Origin: an uncultured virus (IMG/VR IMGVR_UViG_3300005675_000019)
Taxonomy: Duplodnaviria > Heunggongvirae > Uroviricota > Caudoviricetes
Length of the DNA: 64,000 nt
IMG/VR virus record: IMGVR_UViG_3300005675_000019
Direction: 5' to 3' (one strand)
A model generated the notes under the pieces. It did no database searches and was not told where the DNA came from. It saw nothing but the letters and a program-made list of their open reading frames with translations. Positions within the stretch are counted from its first letter, which is position 1. Each line of letters opens with the position of its first letter. Positions 40,078 to 51,600 of this stretch are shown here, in pieces. The translations under genes were made by a program, and so were the position numbers.

Positions 40078-40937
40078 AGCCAATGCTTTCTCACACAATC
40101 ACCGATACGACTGCTGTCAGGTATCCCGTACTTGTTTCACAAAAACTGGATGGTATCCGGTGCCTTATCACTGATGGCGTGGCCGTCAGTCGTAACCTGA
40201 AGCCGATCAGGAACGAGTACGTGCAGGCAATCATTGGGATGCCTGAGTATAACGGCCTGGATGGGGAGCTGATAGTTGGTGACCCGTTTGCCGAGGACTG
40301 CTATCGCGTAACCAACTCGGGGGTCATGTCCAAGGATGGCGAGCCGGATTTCACCTACTACGTGTTCGATCGGTGGGACCTCCCCCTCAGCGGATTTGCT
40401 GACCGATTGGCAGCCACTCAACCGGGTTACAAAATCCAACGTGTCACGCACCACTGGGCCTACTGTGAGGCGGACCTGCTCCGCATTGAGGAAGTGCTCC
40501 TTGCCAAGGGCGCGGAAGGGGTCATGGTCCGCAGCCTGGGTGGCACCTACAAGTATGGCCGGAGCACGGTGAAGGAGGGCATCCTCGGCAAACTTAAACG
40601 CTTTTCCGAGGATGATTTCTTGGTTGTCGACTTCGAGGAGCGCTTCCACAATGCGAACCCGGCCACCATCAATGCCCTGGGACACACCGAACGATCCATG
40701 CACGTCGAGAACATGATTGGGCGTGGCGACCTTGGTGCCCTAGTCTTGGAAACAAGTGGAGGTAAACGCTTCACCTGCGGAACCGGCTTTGATGACGCCA
40801 CGCGCCGGGAAATTTGGGGCAACAAGGAGAAGTACGTGGGCAGGTGGGTGAAGGTCAAGCACTTCCCTGTGGGTGTTAAAACACTGCCGAGATTTCCTAC
40901 CTTCTTGGGCTTCCGCGACGAAAACGACATGTCTTGA
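40074..40937 (+). CDS. ATP-dependent DNA ligase
   Basis: KLDGIR, LDGEL, VFD, EGVMVR, KLK, GTGF, PRFP. Confidence 0.95.
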   Translation: MKPMLSHTITDTTAVRYPVLVSQKLDGIRCLITDGVAVSRNLKPIRNEYVQAIIGMPEYNGLDGELIVGDPFAEDCYRVTNSGVMSKDGEPDFTYYVFDRWDLPLSGFADRLAATQPGYKIQRVTHHWAYCEADLLRIEEVLLAKGAEGVMVRSLGGTYKYGRSTVKEGILGKLKRFSEDDFLVVDFEERFHNANPATINALGHTERSMHVENMIGRGDLGALVLETSGGKRFTCGTGFDDATRREIWGNKEKYVGRWVKVKHFPVGVKTLPRFPTFLGFRDENDMS

Positions 40938-40962
40938 CAACAACGGCACCAGTGTCTAGTAT
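40934..40962 (+). promoter_or_regulatory. Sigma70-like promoter
   Basis: TTGACA-17 nt-TAGTAT. Confidence 0.6.
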
Positions 40963-41205
40963 GGGCGCTGGTTCATTTTGGAGGCGGAATATGAATTGCA
41001 CATATACACTGACAAAGGGCGAGATATGGGACTACAGGCACATGTGCCACTCCTTTCTGCGTGCTGGGTCTGTCATGGAGCTGACCCTACCTGGTGTAGG
41101 GTCTGAGGCTTTCAGTAGCAGTGACCAGTTGGAAGACTGGTTGAGGGAGGACGATGACACACCTTACCATAAGTATAAAGTACGATTCCTTGCAGGGGAG
41201 CCAGC

Positions 41206-42267
41206 ATGATGATAATCAGTGATCTGCACATCGGAGTGCAGCGCGCCGGGGGGACCACACCCCAGTCTCAACAAGCATTGCGGGACCACCTGCGCAACAG
41301 CCTTGAGTCTCTACTAGCTACTGAGAACGAGTGGGTAGTCGTGAACGGGGACCTGTTTGACAAGTTCACAGTGGACACTTCTGAGGTTCTGCTCACCTGT
41401 GAAATCTTCTACCGCTGGCTGGGTGAGAGGCCAAGTGCTAAGCTGACCTTGATCTCAGGTAACCATGATTGGTCCCCGAGGGGTAATGACGTGTCCTCTT
41501 TCCACCTGTTGGCGGCTATGCTGCAGATGTCTGGTGTGGGGCACGATGTTGAGGTCAGGGACCACACCAATGGTCTCTCAAGGGTTGATGCCAGCAGAGG
41601 CGTGTTCTGCGTCCCTCACATGCCCAACCAGGCCCTGTTCGACGCTGAAATCCAGAACGCTGCGGTGACACTGGGAAAGGACCGGTACCTGCTCCTCCAC
41701 TGCAACTACAAGAACACCTTCGCGGATCACAGCGACCACTCCCTGAACCTCAGTGATGACCAGGTTGGGGCGCTGATGGAGGCTGGCTGGAGCCTGATCA
41801 TTGGTCACGAGCATATTGGTTACAGCCTTCGGGGTGGGAGAGTGCTGGTGGTCGGCAACCAGTTTCCCTCGTCGGTACTGGACTGCCTCGGCAACCAGAC
41901 GAAGCATGCTGTACGACTCACTGACAAGGGCGTGGAGCTGGTCCAGACCTGGAGCCGTGATGGATTCTACCTTGAGGTGGACTGGAGGCAGATCAAGGAA
42001 GGCGCTGGGGCGGACTTCATACGTGTCACCGGTGAGGCCACGAGCGCGGAAGCAGCCGAGGTCATCAAGGCGATCTCTACCCTGCGCCAGACCAGTGACG
42101 CCTTCGTGATCACCAACGCCGTCAAGGTAGCGGGCCACGACATGTCCGGGGAGAAGGCCGCCGAGAGCATAGAGAACCTGAAAGCGTTCGATGTCCTCTC
42201 TGCTATTTATGAAAACTTAAATGAGGCTGAAGTAGATACAGTTAGGGGGCTATTATGCCAAGAGTGA
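41206..42267 (+). CDS. SbcD/Mre11-like metallophosphoesterase nuclease
   Basis: SDLHIG, GDLFD, GNHD, GHEH. Confidence 0.88.
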   Translation: MMIISDLHIGVQRAGGTTPQSQQALRDHLRNSLESLLATENEWVVVNGDLFDKFTVDTSEVLLTCEIFYRWLGERPSAKLTLISGNHDWSPRGNDVSSFHLLAAMLQMSGVGHDVEVRDHTNGLSRVDASRGVFCVPHMPNQALFDAEIQNAAVTLGKDRYLLLHCNYKNTFADHSDHSLNLSDDQVGALMEAGWSLIIGHEHIGYSLRGGRVLVVGNQFPSSVLDCLGNQTKHAVRLTDKGVELVQTWSRDGFYLEVDWRQIKEGAGADFIRVTGEATSAEAAEVIKAISTLRQTSDAFVITNAVKVAGHDMSGEKAAESIENLKAFDVLSAIYENLNEAEVDTVRGLLCQE

Positions 42268-42827
42268 ATAACACGACAGGCAATATAGGTAACACTAAAC
42301 ATGGCATGAGAAACTCAGCAGAGTATAAATCTTGGTGCGCTGCAAAAGGGAGATGCTTTAACGTTAGGGACGAGGCTTACCCAAGATATGGAGGTAGGGG
42401 TATCACTATGTGTGAGAAGTGGAGAAATTCTTTCTCAGAGTTCTTATCTGACATGGGCCATAAACCCACCCCAGACCACTCCCTTGACCGTATTGACACA
42501 AATGGCAATTACACAGTTGGTAATTGCCGTTGGGCAACTATAACGGAGCAGGCTCGCAATAGACGTAACACCGTAAGGGTTGCTGAGGGAGTGCTAGCTG
42601 AGGTTGCAGAAGACCACGGTGTAAGATACAAGACACTGCACAGACGTTTAAGGGATGGCAGGCCTCTTGATGTCAGCAATCCTAACGTATCTTTATGGCA
42701 CAGGTTTGAGGTTAACGGCAGCCTACTGACGTTGTCGGAAATTGCCTCACTTCTAGGTAAGTCATATCACCACGTATATCATAGGGTAATAACGAAGAGG
42801 TGTTCTTTACTGGAGTTGATGGCATGA
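42255..42827 (+). CDS. Freestanding HNH homing endonuclease
   Basis: YGGRGITMC...DMG...HSLDRIDTNGNY..GNCRWAT; low GC. Confidence 0.88.
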   Translation: MPRVNNTTGNIGNTKHGMRNSAEYKSWCAAKGRCFNVRDEAYPRYGGRGITMCEKWRNSFSEFLSDMGHKPTPDHSLDRIDTNGNYTVGNCRWATITEQARNRRNTVRVAEGVLAEVAEDHGVRYKTLHRRLRDGRPLDVSNPNVSLWHRFEVNGSLLTLSEIASLLGKSYHHVYHRVITKRCSLLELMA

Positions 42828-43224
42828 GCAGGCAGAGCGAGGCAAAGGCAGCACAGAACTATAGGACTACACCTGACACGTGTAGTAACTGTACCCACTA
42901 TACCTGTGAGGTAGTCAAGAAAAGCTACAACGGGTGGCAGGGGAGGGTGGAATGGTCAGAGGAGCGGGGCAGGCGATGTGCTTTAGGGGGTTTTGCCGTA
43001 GGTAAGACTGCTGTATGTGATAAGCATGAGGGCAAATCATGAAGATGTCGGTATCAGAATTCGAGTTGTTGATGGCAGCAGAGTTGGCGTCCTTTCGTGG
43101 TGAGTGGGTCCGCGAACACGCTGAAATGGGCCTGACGCCGTGTGAGTGGTACTGTTTGTTCGCCAGGTATCTGAGGGATAGGACTGGGTTGAGGTCGGCG
43201 TTGCCATGATTAAAGGAGATATAC

Positions 43225-45357
43225 ATGCTTAACCAAATAACACTCACCTGCTTCCGCAAGCACCAAGCCCTGACCATCGACTTCACCAACGGCATACAAG
43301 TAATCAGAGCTGCGAACGAGTGCGGCAAGTCGAGTCTACTAGAGGGAATAGGCTATGCCTTGTTCGGTACCAGGGCACTGCGCACTACCTTCGATCAGGC
43401 CGTGACCTGGGGCGAGGATTCAAAGCGCCTCAAGGTCTCGCTCACTCTCACGGTGGGTGACGCAACCTACACCTTCACCCGTGGCAAGTCCGGGGCCGAG
43501 GTCCTGTTCCAGGGCAAGGTCTTTGTCACCGGCCAGGATGCGGTCACGTCCTTCGCCTCACACCTCCTCGGTGCTGACGTGGGCACAGCCAACAAGCTGA
43601 TGGTGGCCAGTCAGAACTCCATCCGTGGGGCACTCGAAGAAGGGCCGAAGGCGCTCAGCCAGATGATCGAAGACCTGGCCGGGTTCGACACCTTCGACAG
43701 GATTCTGAGCGAGGCCTCGACCAGGCTCGCGCTTGGGTCGCCGGCCATGGCCGAGGATCGACTGAAACGGGCGGAAGCGAGCCTGATCGACATGCTCAGC
43801 TCCGTGCCTCCAGAGCCCGACGTTGTGGAGTATGAAAAGGCCCTTGGGACTCTACAAACCAGGTTGTGGAGTTTCGGTGAGCAACTACCGGGGCTGCGGA
43901 CGGCGTCAGCGGCTGCCGTCAAGGCGTGGCAGGAGGGCTCCGCCCTCTACCTCAAGCGAGTAGCCCTGGAGGAGAAAGTCGACCGCGCCCTGCGGACGCT
44001 GAAGGACGCTGACAAGCTCGTGAAGGAATTGATGCCCGCGACCAAGGTCGTGGTCGATACCAGCCAGATCGAGGGGCTGAAGGAACAGATCGCCCTGAGC
44101 CTGGACCACAACAAGAGGAAGGCGGCGTACAAGGCGTTTCTGGATTTACCCTCTGGAGACCGTTGGGTTGGGTCCAGTGAGGAGTTCTACAAGGGCTTAA
44201 AGGATTGTGAGTTGAGAGTGAGCAACCTCAATACGGCGATCTCAGGGGTAGGCTATGAGGTGAAGACCCTCAAAGCCAAGAGATTTGACAGTGACACATG
44301 CAGCAAGTGTGGCCAGAAACTTCCAAACGCCGAGAACATATCAGCCCGCAACGCTGAGGTTGATAGAGGCCTAGAGGACCTAGCTGATGACCTGAAAGAC
44401 CTAGAGGTAAAAAGGTCGGAAGAGATTAGGGCTCAGCACAGATTCACTGAAGCTGCTGCATTCGCCACCCGGTACACTGCCGCCGCTGAGCAGATCAGGG
44501 ACTATGTCGTGTGGGACATCACGACCTACCCTGGCACAGCCACTTGGAATGGTCCGGTGCCAGAAGGAGAAGCCACCGACGTAGTCGCCCTTCGCCGCCG
44601 CATCCTCGACATCGAGACCCAGGCCAAGGCTGTGGACTCGGCCAAGGCCAAGCTCGAACTGGCGGTCGAGCAAGTGTCCAAGGCTGATGACAACTACCTA
44701 GACGCCGTCAAAGCACTCGCTGACTTCGATGGCCCGACCGCTGACGACATCGTGACCCTGACTGCTGCCAAGGACCAGGCCATCGCTGATGAGCAGGTTG
44801 CGGAGGGGACCCTGATCGTGACCAAGGCAGAGATGGCAGCGCTGACCAAGGATCATGAGGCGGCTGTCGCACTCTGGACCATGGCCAAGCAGCGGGTTGA
44901 ATCAACGCAGGTTGCCATTGCCGAGTGCAAGGAGGAGATCAAGGCCCTGGCTTTCAACAATTCCCTGATCAAGAAGCTGCGAGCCATCCGGCCAGTCATC
45001 GCCAACAAGCTGTGGAATACGGTGCTGGCCTCGGTCAGTGTCATGTTCTCTACCATGCGCAAAGAGGAGTCCTGGGTCACCAAGGAAGGGTCCGGGTTCA
45101 TGGTCAACGGCCAGCCGGTTGAGAGTCTGTCTGGGAGCACTTTGGATATTCTTGGAATGGCAATTAGATGTGCCATGTTAAGAACGTTTCTGCCACAGTG
45201 CGGATTACTGGTGCTCGATGAACCTGGTCATGGTTGCGACTCTGAGAGGGTCGAGTCCATGTTGGGATTCCTGAAGGGTGTGAATTTCCAACAGACACTG
45301 TTAGTTTCACATGAGGAAGTAAGTGAAACAGTGGCTGACAATCTGATTATTTTGTGA
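43225..45357 (+). CDS. SbcC/Rad50-like ATPase
   Basis: ANECGKSS Walker A; CSKC zinc hook; LSGS signature; LVLDEP; VSH. Confidence 0.92.
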   Translation: MLNQITLTCFRKHQALTIDFTNGIQVIRAANECGKSSLLEGIGYALFGTRALRTTFDQAVTWGEDSKRLKVSLTLTVGDATYTFTRGKSGAEVLFQGKVFVTGQDAVTSFASHLLGADVGTANKLMVASQNSIRGALEEGPKALSQMIEDLAGFDTFDRILSEASTRLALGSPAMAEDRLKRAEASLIDMLSSVPPEPDVVEYEKALGTLQTRLWSFGEQLPGLRTASAAAVKAWQEGSALYLKRVALEEKVDRALRTLKDADKLVKELMPATKVVVDTSQIEGLKEQIALSLDHNKRKAAYKAFLDLPSGDRWVGSSEEFYKGLKDCELRVSNLNTAISGVGYEVKTLKAKRFDSDTCSKCGQKLPNAENISARNAEVDRGLEDLADDLKDLEVKRSEEIRAQHRFTEAAAFATRYTAAAEQIRDYVVWDITTYPGTATWNGPVPEGEATDVVALRRRILDIETQAKAVDSAKAKLELAVEQVSKADDNYLDAVKALADFDGPTADDIVTLTAAKDQAIADEQVAEGTLIVTKAEMAALTKDHEAAVALWTMAKQRVESTQVAIAECKEEIKALAFNNSLIKKLRAIRPVIANKLWNTVLASVSVMFSTMRKEESWVTKEGSGFMVNGQPVESLSGSTLDILGMAIRCAMLRTFLPQCGLLVLDEPGHGCDSERVESMLGFLKGVNFQQTLLVSHEEVSETVADNLIIL

Positions 45358-45592
45358 GGTGTGATATGCCCGTGATTTTGTGTTCTGACAAACGAGTACA
45401 GGACTTGCTTAATCTGTTAGGCCAGCCCCCGATGTGTGCTGGAGCTAAGATAGTCTTCGAGCCTCAAAAGGCAGTAAAAATTGTATGGGAGTGCTACCTT
45501 GGAAGTGGGCACGTTGAGTTATTGAAGAATATGACTGACTATGAAATTGAGTCTGAAGTGGTGCCAGCGACCTGCTTTGGAGGGCGCGGCTG

Positions 45593-46042
45593 ATGGTCCA
45601 AGTAATTTCAGATCAGAAGTGGGATAAGAGGTTCATGAGTATGGCTGATCTTGTATCCTCTTGGTCCAAGGATACCAGCACAAAGGTAGGGTGTGTTCTT
45701 GTTGACAAGAGTCGTAGAGTAATCAGTGTGGGCTTCAATGGCCCTCCATCCAAAACGGTAGATGCAGAGTACCCAAGAGAGGTAAGGCTTCGCAGAAGTA
45801 TACATGCGGAGGCTAATGCCCTGCATTTTGCAAACTCTGACGTATCTGGGTGTACTGCCTACGTTACCCACCCTCCATGTGCAAACTGCACAGGGCACCT
45901 TATCCAGCGTGGCATCTCAAGGATAGTTGCAAAGGTTGGCTCCAAGGCTTTTGAGTCTAGATGGGCAGAAGACATTAAAGAGTCTGAAGCAATGTGCTCA
46001 GAGAGTGGTGTAACGCTTACGTGCATTGGAGACTTTGCATGA
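45593..46042 (+). CDS. dCMP deaminase
   Basis: SKD.STKVG, GFNG, HAEANA, PCANC. Confidence 0.92.
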   Translation: MVQVISDQKWDKRFMSMADLVSSWSKDTSTKVGCVLVDKSRRVISVGFNGPPSKTVDAEYPREVRLRRSIHAEANALHFANSDVSGCTAYVTHPPCANCTGHLIQRGISRIVAKVGSKAFESRWAEDIKESEAMCSESGVTLTCIGDFA

Positions 46043-46704
46043 CTTCTGGTGTAATGATAGACCTAGCTGGAAGAGTCTTTGGAAGGTTGGTTGTTACGGG
46101 TAGGTCAGATAACCATAGAACACCAAACGGAAGTCTCAAGCCATATTGGGAATGCAGATGCGATTGTGGTGTAGTGGTTAGGGTTCGGGCGGAGGCATTA
46201 CGTAATGGTATGACCCGTTCGTGTGGGTGTCTAGCTAGGGAGCTGTCAAGTGTCAACCACTCCACTCACGGTCAGTCTAAATCCCCTACTTATAACACAT
46301 GGAGGGCGATGATAGAGAGGTGTAACCGCAAGGGAAATACTCACTATAAACACTATGGGGAAAGAGGTATTACAGTATGTAAAGACTGGTTAAAGTATGA
46401 GAACTTCTTACGGGACATGGGGACCAGGCCCGACGGACTTTCTATAGAGAGGGTGAACAACGACCTCGGCTACAGCAAAGAAAACTGCAGGTGGGCAACT
46501 GCCATGGAGCAGTCTAGAAACACTACTAGAAGTGTGTTGATAGAGTGGGACGGAGCAATTAGAAATCGCTGTGACTGGGCCAAGTTAATTGGAATAACTC
46601 CAGAAGCCCTTGCGGTACGCATACGTAAATGGGGGCTGAATAGAGCTATGACTACACCTAATCAATATCCACTTAGTAGACGGGAGAGAATGAATGACAA
46701 TTGA
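46039..46704 (+). CDS. Freestanding HNH homing endonuclease
   Basis: FGRL...CRCDCG...SCGC...DMG.RP...SIERVNN..GYSKENCRWAT. Confidence 0.88.
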   Translation: MTSGVMIDLAGRVFGRLVVTGRSDNHRTPNGSLKPYWECRCDCGVVVRVRAEALRNGMTRSCGCLARELSSVNHSTHGQSKSPTYNTWRAMIERCNRKGNTHYKHYGERGITVCKDWLKYENFLRDMGTRPDGLSIERVNNDLGYSKENCRWATAMEQSRNTTRSVLIEWDGAIRNRCDWAKLIGITPEALAVRIRKWGLNRAMTTPNQYPLSRRERMNDN

Positions 46705-47533
46705 AGTAAAGGTGATAGCCGATTCTATCAATAGTGGGGGTGAGCGAATTACCACCATGCAACTGAAGTACCCGAGGTTTATCCACTCAGAATTTCTTAC
46801 CCACAGATTGTTCAGCAGAAATGCCAGCAGTAGTCGAGCAATCCCGGTAAGCAAGATGCTGAGGGCTGTGTGGCATGAGCCAGCCGCACCTGTGTACTGG
46901 GGCAGCAACAAGCCAGGCATGCAGGCCGGGGCAGAGTTGCGACCCTTTCGCCGGCTGGCAGCCAAGGTTCTGTGGAAGGCATCTGGCCGGGCCATGTGCG
47001 GGGTGGTGTGGGTACTGTCGAAACTGGGGCTGCACAAGCAGGTGTCCAACCGCCTACTGGAGCCCTGGCAGCACATTCACGTGGTTGTGACCAGCACAGA
47101 GTGGCAGAACTTCTTCGACCTACGTTGCCATCCTGACGCGCAGCCTGAGTTCCAGGAGCTTGCCAAGCAGATGCGATTGATGCGGAACATCAGCACGCCC
47201 AGGAAACTGGAGGATCACGACTGGCATCTCCCATACATCGACTGTCTGGAGCGGGAGCGGCTGAGCACCCATGAGGCTATCCAGGTCTCTGCGGCCCGTT
47301 GCTGCCGGGTGTCCTACCTCAACCACGAGGGGCGCACCTCCACCCTTGAACAGGACGTGGCCCGGTACGAGAGCCTGGTCAACGCCGTACCACCGCACAT
47401 GTCCCCGGTCGAGCACCAGGCTATGGCCCTGCCTGGGCTGGCTTATGCCAATTTCCTGGGTTGGGCATCACACCGGTGGCTGCTGGAGGAGGCTGCAATC
47501 CATAAAGTGTGGGACAGCCCACAAACTTCCTGA
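46694..47533 (+). CDS. thyX: Flavin-dependent thymidylate synthase
   Basis: THRLFSRNASSSRAIP; NFFDLRCHPDAQPE; HMSPVEHQA. Confidence 0.88.
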   Translation: MTIEVKVIADSINSGGERITTMQLKYPRFIHSEFLTHRLFSRNASSSRAIPVSKMLRAVWHEPAAPVYWGSNKPGMQAGAELRPFRRLAAKVLWKASGRAMCGVVWVLSKLGLHKQVSNRLLEPWQHIHVVVTSTEWQNFFDLRCHPDAQPEFQELAKQMRLMRNISTPRKLEDHDWHLPYIDCLERERLSTHEAIQVSAARCCRVSYLNHEGRTSTLEQDVARYESLVNAVPPHMSPVEHQAMALPGLAYANFLGWASHRWLLEEAAIHKVWDSPQTS

Positions 47534-47579
47534 CTTTTGCCCACAGCGCGTTTGTAACTCATTGAATAATAAGAAGAAT

Positions 47580-47966
47580 ATGAAGACAAAGAAAAAGGTG
47601 TCAGCCCACTTGATCAACGAGTTGGGAGCAGAAATGCACTTCGCATTGCTCGGGATGCAGCTCGGAACCCCGTGCTCTATCAACTGGGTGCGCGTGGCCA
47701 AGGTCCTTGTCGTGATCTCGGTCGCTGCTGACCGCACCACACACCGGGTGAAGCGGTCCCTAAAGGACAAGGTCAACGTGGCACTCGAAATCCTGGCTGA
47801 CATGGCTGACCGCCGCCCACCCGGACAAGAGTGGACGGCTGAGGTCGGGGAGTTGCGTGATCTGGCTGATGGCATCCTGGCAGCGGAATCCATCCTCCCC
47901 CGCCTTGACTACCCCACGCTACAGATCGCCTACACGACTGTTGGTCACCTTACGCATCCGCAGTGA
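47580..47966 (+). CDS. Hypothetical protein
   Basis: ATG 47580 after an A-rich leader; converges with the tail module. Confidence 0.6.
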   Translation: MKTKKKVSAHLINELGAEMHFALLGMQLGTPCSINWVRVAKVLVVISVAADRTTHRVKRSLKDKVNVALEILADMADRRPPGQEWTAEVGELRDLADGILAAESILPRLDYPTLQIAYTTVGHLTHPQ

Positions 47967-48600
47967 TGCGAACGACATCAGTACCATCAGCAAACAGGTG
48001 GGCTCTTTTGGTTTGGGCGACAACGATACCAGCACCCGCAGATGTTTTGAAGGTGGTAGTGAACGCCCCAGTGTTGTTGCAATAGACGATACCTTCCCAG
48101 TCATTGGGCACGATCACGGCCCTGTTCCCTGTCAGGGCTCCTGTGGTTGTCAGGTACCGGCACGCAGCCTGGGCTGCGGTCAGGGTCACGTCAGCGGCTG
48201 TTACCACGACACTGGCCTTGCTAGTCACGTGGTTAGGCGTCACCCACGCACGATAGTCTGTGTAACTGGTCACAGTTATGGCACTTGTGCTGAGTTGGTA
48301 CAGTGGGATAGAGCCAGGAGTGAAACCAGTAGTGTTCTTTGAGACTACGCCTGCACGAGTGGCTTCTATGTAGTTTGTGGTGCTGGCTGATAAAGCTATA
48401 CCAGCCGGGTTTGCGATTACAGTCAGTACCCCATCTATCACCATAGGACCACCATAGCAATACCATGTGAGGCCCGTACTATTCTCCCTGCGGGCAAACA
48501 GCATGGCCGGGCTAGCGCTGTTGAACAGTCCATTGGCAGTGATTTCTTTAGAAGCCTGAGATTGAATAATCAAATCTAGGTTTGATGTTATAGATGCCAT
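47950..48600 (-). CDS. Tail fibre or baseplate-associated protein
   Basis: Follows the tail tip gene; QSQASKEITAN N-terminus; Thr/Gly-rich beta sequence. Confidence 0.6.
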   Translation of the reverse strand: MASITSNLDLIIQSQASKEITANGLFNSASPAMLFARRENSTGLTWYCYGGPMVIDGVLTVIANPAGIALSASTTNYIEATRAGVVSKNTTGFTPGSIPLYQLSTSAITVTSYTDYRAWVTPNHVTSKASVVVTAADVTLTAAQAACRYLTTTGALTGNRAVIVPNDWEGIVYCNNTGAFTTTFKTSAGAGIVVAQTKRAHLFADGTDVVRITADA

Positions 48601-48609
48601 TATGTTTCC

Positions 48610-51600
48610 TTAACCGTGTGGAAAATCTGCAGTAGGCGTTACCAATGGGGAGCGGGCTGTGCCTACAGTAACCCTGATTGGACCAATATTGCCCTTAAAA
48701 TCCCATGATGGATTCCTAGAGGCAACCTGAGCGCCTATAGCAAAAGTTAAAGTGGTGTAATTAAGGTTGGCTGCATAAGGAGTGCCTATCCCGTCCTCAA
48801 GTAAGGGTTGACCCAGTCTAGCGCTGTAGAAGTGAACGTTGCCAAGCTCCCTAGTAACCGCAGCATAAGTCCACTCACCTGTGCACAGGTTTTTAGACCC
48901 TGTCTTTACAGAGCCACCTGTGTAGAACCACAGGAACCCTGAAGAATCTAACAGTATCTGCCACCCTGCTTGGCCTCCTGTGTAGAAGTCAAGGAGTACT
49001 CCGTGCTTCTGGCTAGTCTTGAATATTATCTCTACACAGAAGTCCCCTGCCCCTAGTCTGTATCTATCCTTACCTGGAGTCATAATATAGTCACCCACAC
49101 CATCAAACTGAGCAGATGACCCAAGAGTAAAAGGCCCTGTTGAGGTTGTAGTCTTGACCTCCCCAGAACTAGACATAAGCGCACCCCTAACATCCCTGAA
49201 CCTCTTGTTACCTTCAGCGCCTGTGTTAGAGGTAAGGAACACAACCTCGTTAAAGTTAGGGTCTGCGAGGTTTGCACCATTAAAACTAGACCCTGGGTAT
49301 ATTGCCGGAGCGCCCCTACCAACAACTGATGAGACCTGGTACACCTTGAAGAATACAGCCGTTTTGACAGTTCCTTGATCTATTATCTGGTCGCCAGACG
49401 TGTAGGTACATTCAGCAGATGGCACTCTAATCGTGCGGTGAACTGTAGTAAAACTAGCGTCAGAGTAAATCTCAACATCATAAGACTCCTCATACTCGCC
49501 TAAGTCAGCGTCGACATTATCTCTCCAGGCCCAGTCTGTGCGGCTTCTGCGAATCCAGTAAAAGTACCAGTTATTTGTGCTTAAATCACGAAAAGTTTTC
49601 ACGTAGACGGGTGACAAGCACTCCAGGTTTACGGCTTGGTAGGTAAAATCATAGTCCTTGTAGACGTCCAGGGAGTTGATGTCATCCCCACTCCTGTATG
49701 TTCTAGGGAGGCCTATCAACTGATTACTTATACCTACAAGGCTGAGGTGATTCTCATCAAGCAGTATCAGGTAATCGCCTATACTGTGTTCGCCCATTGC
49801 CCATTCGGTCCCAAACTTCCCACGGATCATGTCAGTACATGTATAGCGACCAGGTCCGGTTAGAGTGCACAACTGTATACTTATTATCTCCCACCTGCCG
49901 TCTGCGCCATAAGCAAAGAGATTAGCCCCGTTTAACACAGCCAGGTCAGTAACGCTGGTAAGGCTGCTACCACCGACCATCCTAACGTTAAGTACACTGG
50001 CCTTATCCCAAACACCAGTATCCACTGCGGTGATTGCATTTGTTGCAGTCGCTACAACACCTCCGGGAGGACTGAAACCCTGCACAAGGTCCCAACTAAC
50101 TCCATCATCCTCTGTACGGTATATCTCCCCGCCACCAAATGTGTCGCTTGGGGCATACATAGTCCACAGGAAAGACGGGCGGTCCATCTGCCTGTCCATA
50201 TAGGGTACATCCATCAAGACATACCCAGGCTCTAGGGCGTATTCTATAATGATGGGGCCACTGACTACTGGGTCAGCGCCCACTGCATTAGGTGAGTAAA
50301 CAGCAGCTGAATTGTACTTGGCCTTACACACAACAACACCGTCAGTTGTGTTGTCCACTGCGGTCAGCCTGAGTTGAATGTTACCCTCCAGAGATTGAAG
50401 AGTTACTACATCAGCGGGCTCTAGTTGATTATATGTAGGAGGTAGGCTGAAAGAAACGTCGTACCTCTCAAGCCAGTATAGATATAGTAATAGCTCTGCT
50501 AAGTTAGCAGCCTCACTCCCAGTAAGTACTACGGGTATGTCAATAACACGAAGATTTACTGAGTTACCATCGTTACGCTCTGCATATTGTTCACCTACAT
50601 CATACTCCCTGTTGAAGTCTAGGTACTTTAATGTAACGTTATTTGGCAACTGCGCGTCTGACTCCCTAGACGTAGTCAAACTCACACCTCTCTCAGACGA
50701 TGCGCTTCTAGCGTCTAAATCGCCCATCGGTATGTCTACTACAGAGCCTGAATTGCGAGGCTTAAACTGAACCTTGTAACCGTGCTGTACAATATCAAAT
50801 GGCCAGACAGACTGTAACGGTTCCACTGCTGATCTGATTGCACCTATTGACCCAACGCGGTAACCCCTTACCTGCTGAGTTAGGGCAGTTACATCTATGT
50901 CTGTATCCGCTAAGATGCTAGAGTTTCTACACTCTACAGAAACTATATGGCTCAAACTTACTGGTGTGGCTGCTATCTTATATGGCTGTATCGTAGCTGC
51001 TACCCCACCAGAACCTCTTACACCAACAAAGACATCACCGCCCCAGACTAAGGAATTCCAGGTATTTACTGGCCCGCCTGGGAATTGTTTTATTTCCCAT
51101 GTTACACCGTCTGGGGATAGGCAATAGGTTGAATAGGACGTAGCACAGAATAGTGATCCATCAGATGCAACCTGAGAACCAAAACCAGCGAAATTCACAG
51201 CATTGTACGTCCAGGCGTAACCATCATCAGATGTGTACGTGCCAGCAAAATTTGTTGAAGTTATGCAAAATCTACCATTATTAACACCTATAGACTTCCA
51301 ATTGTTACCATTAGTAGCTACATATCTAGTCCATGTACCAGTTGTCCCAGTCTTTGAGGTCAAAAACCTTGTGCCTTGTGCCACTGTTACAAAAACTGAA
51401 CCATTCCATGCCAAGCCTTTGTAAGCTACACTCCCTAGCCCCATAGCCTCCTCTGGGGCTCTCTCTGATGTCCACGCAAACCCGTCTGGAGACTTAAAGA
51501 ATGGTCCACTATCAGTTGCAACTAAAAACACAGAACCGTTGTAACAAGCGTCAGTGCAGTAGTAGTTCCCTGGCATTGAGACCTCTACCCATGTAACCCC

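Noticed and set aside
26268..46704. Group I introns or inteins housing the HNH genes
   Set aside because: Flanking genes appear complete and uninterrupted; no intron core or intein motifs recognised.
32007..47533. Modified-base (dZ, 7-deazaguanine, hmU) pathway
   Set aside because: No PurZ, Que/Dpd or hydroxymethylase genes recognised; the enzymes present fit ordinary dTTP supply.
5444..47893. Long minus-strand ORFs opposite + strand genes (e.g. 5969..6949, 15206..16195, 34500..35408)
   Set aside because: Shadow ORFs from GC3-biased codons on the coding strand; no recognisable motifs.
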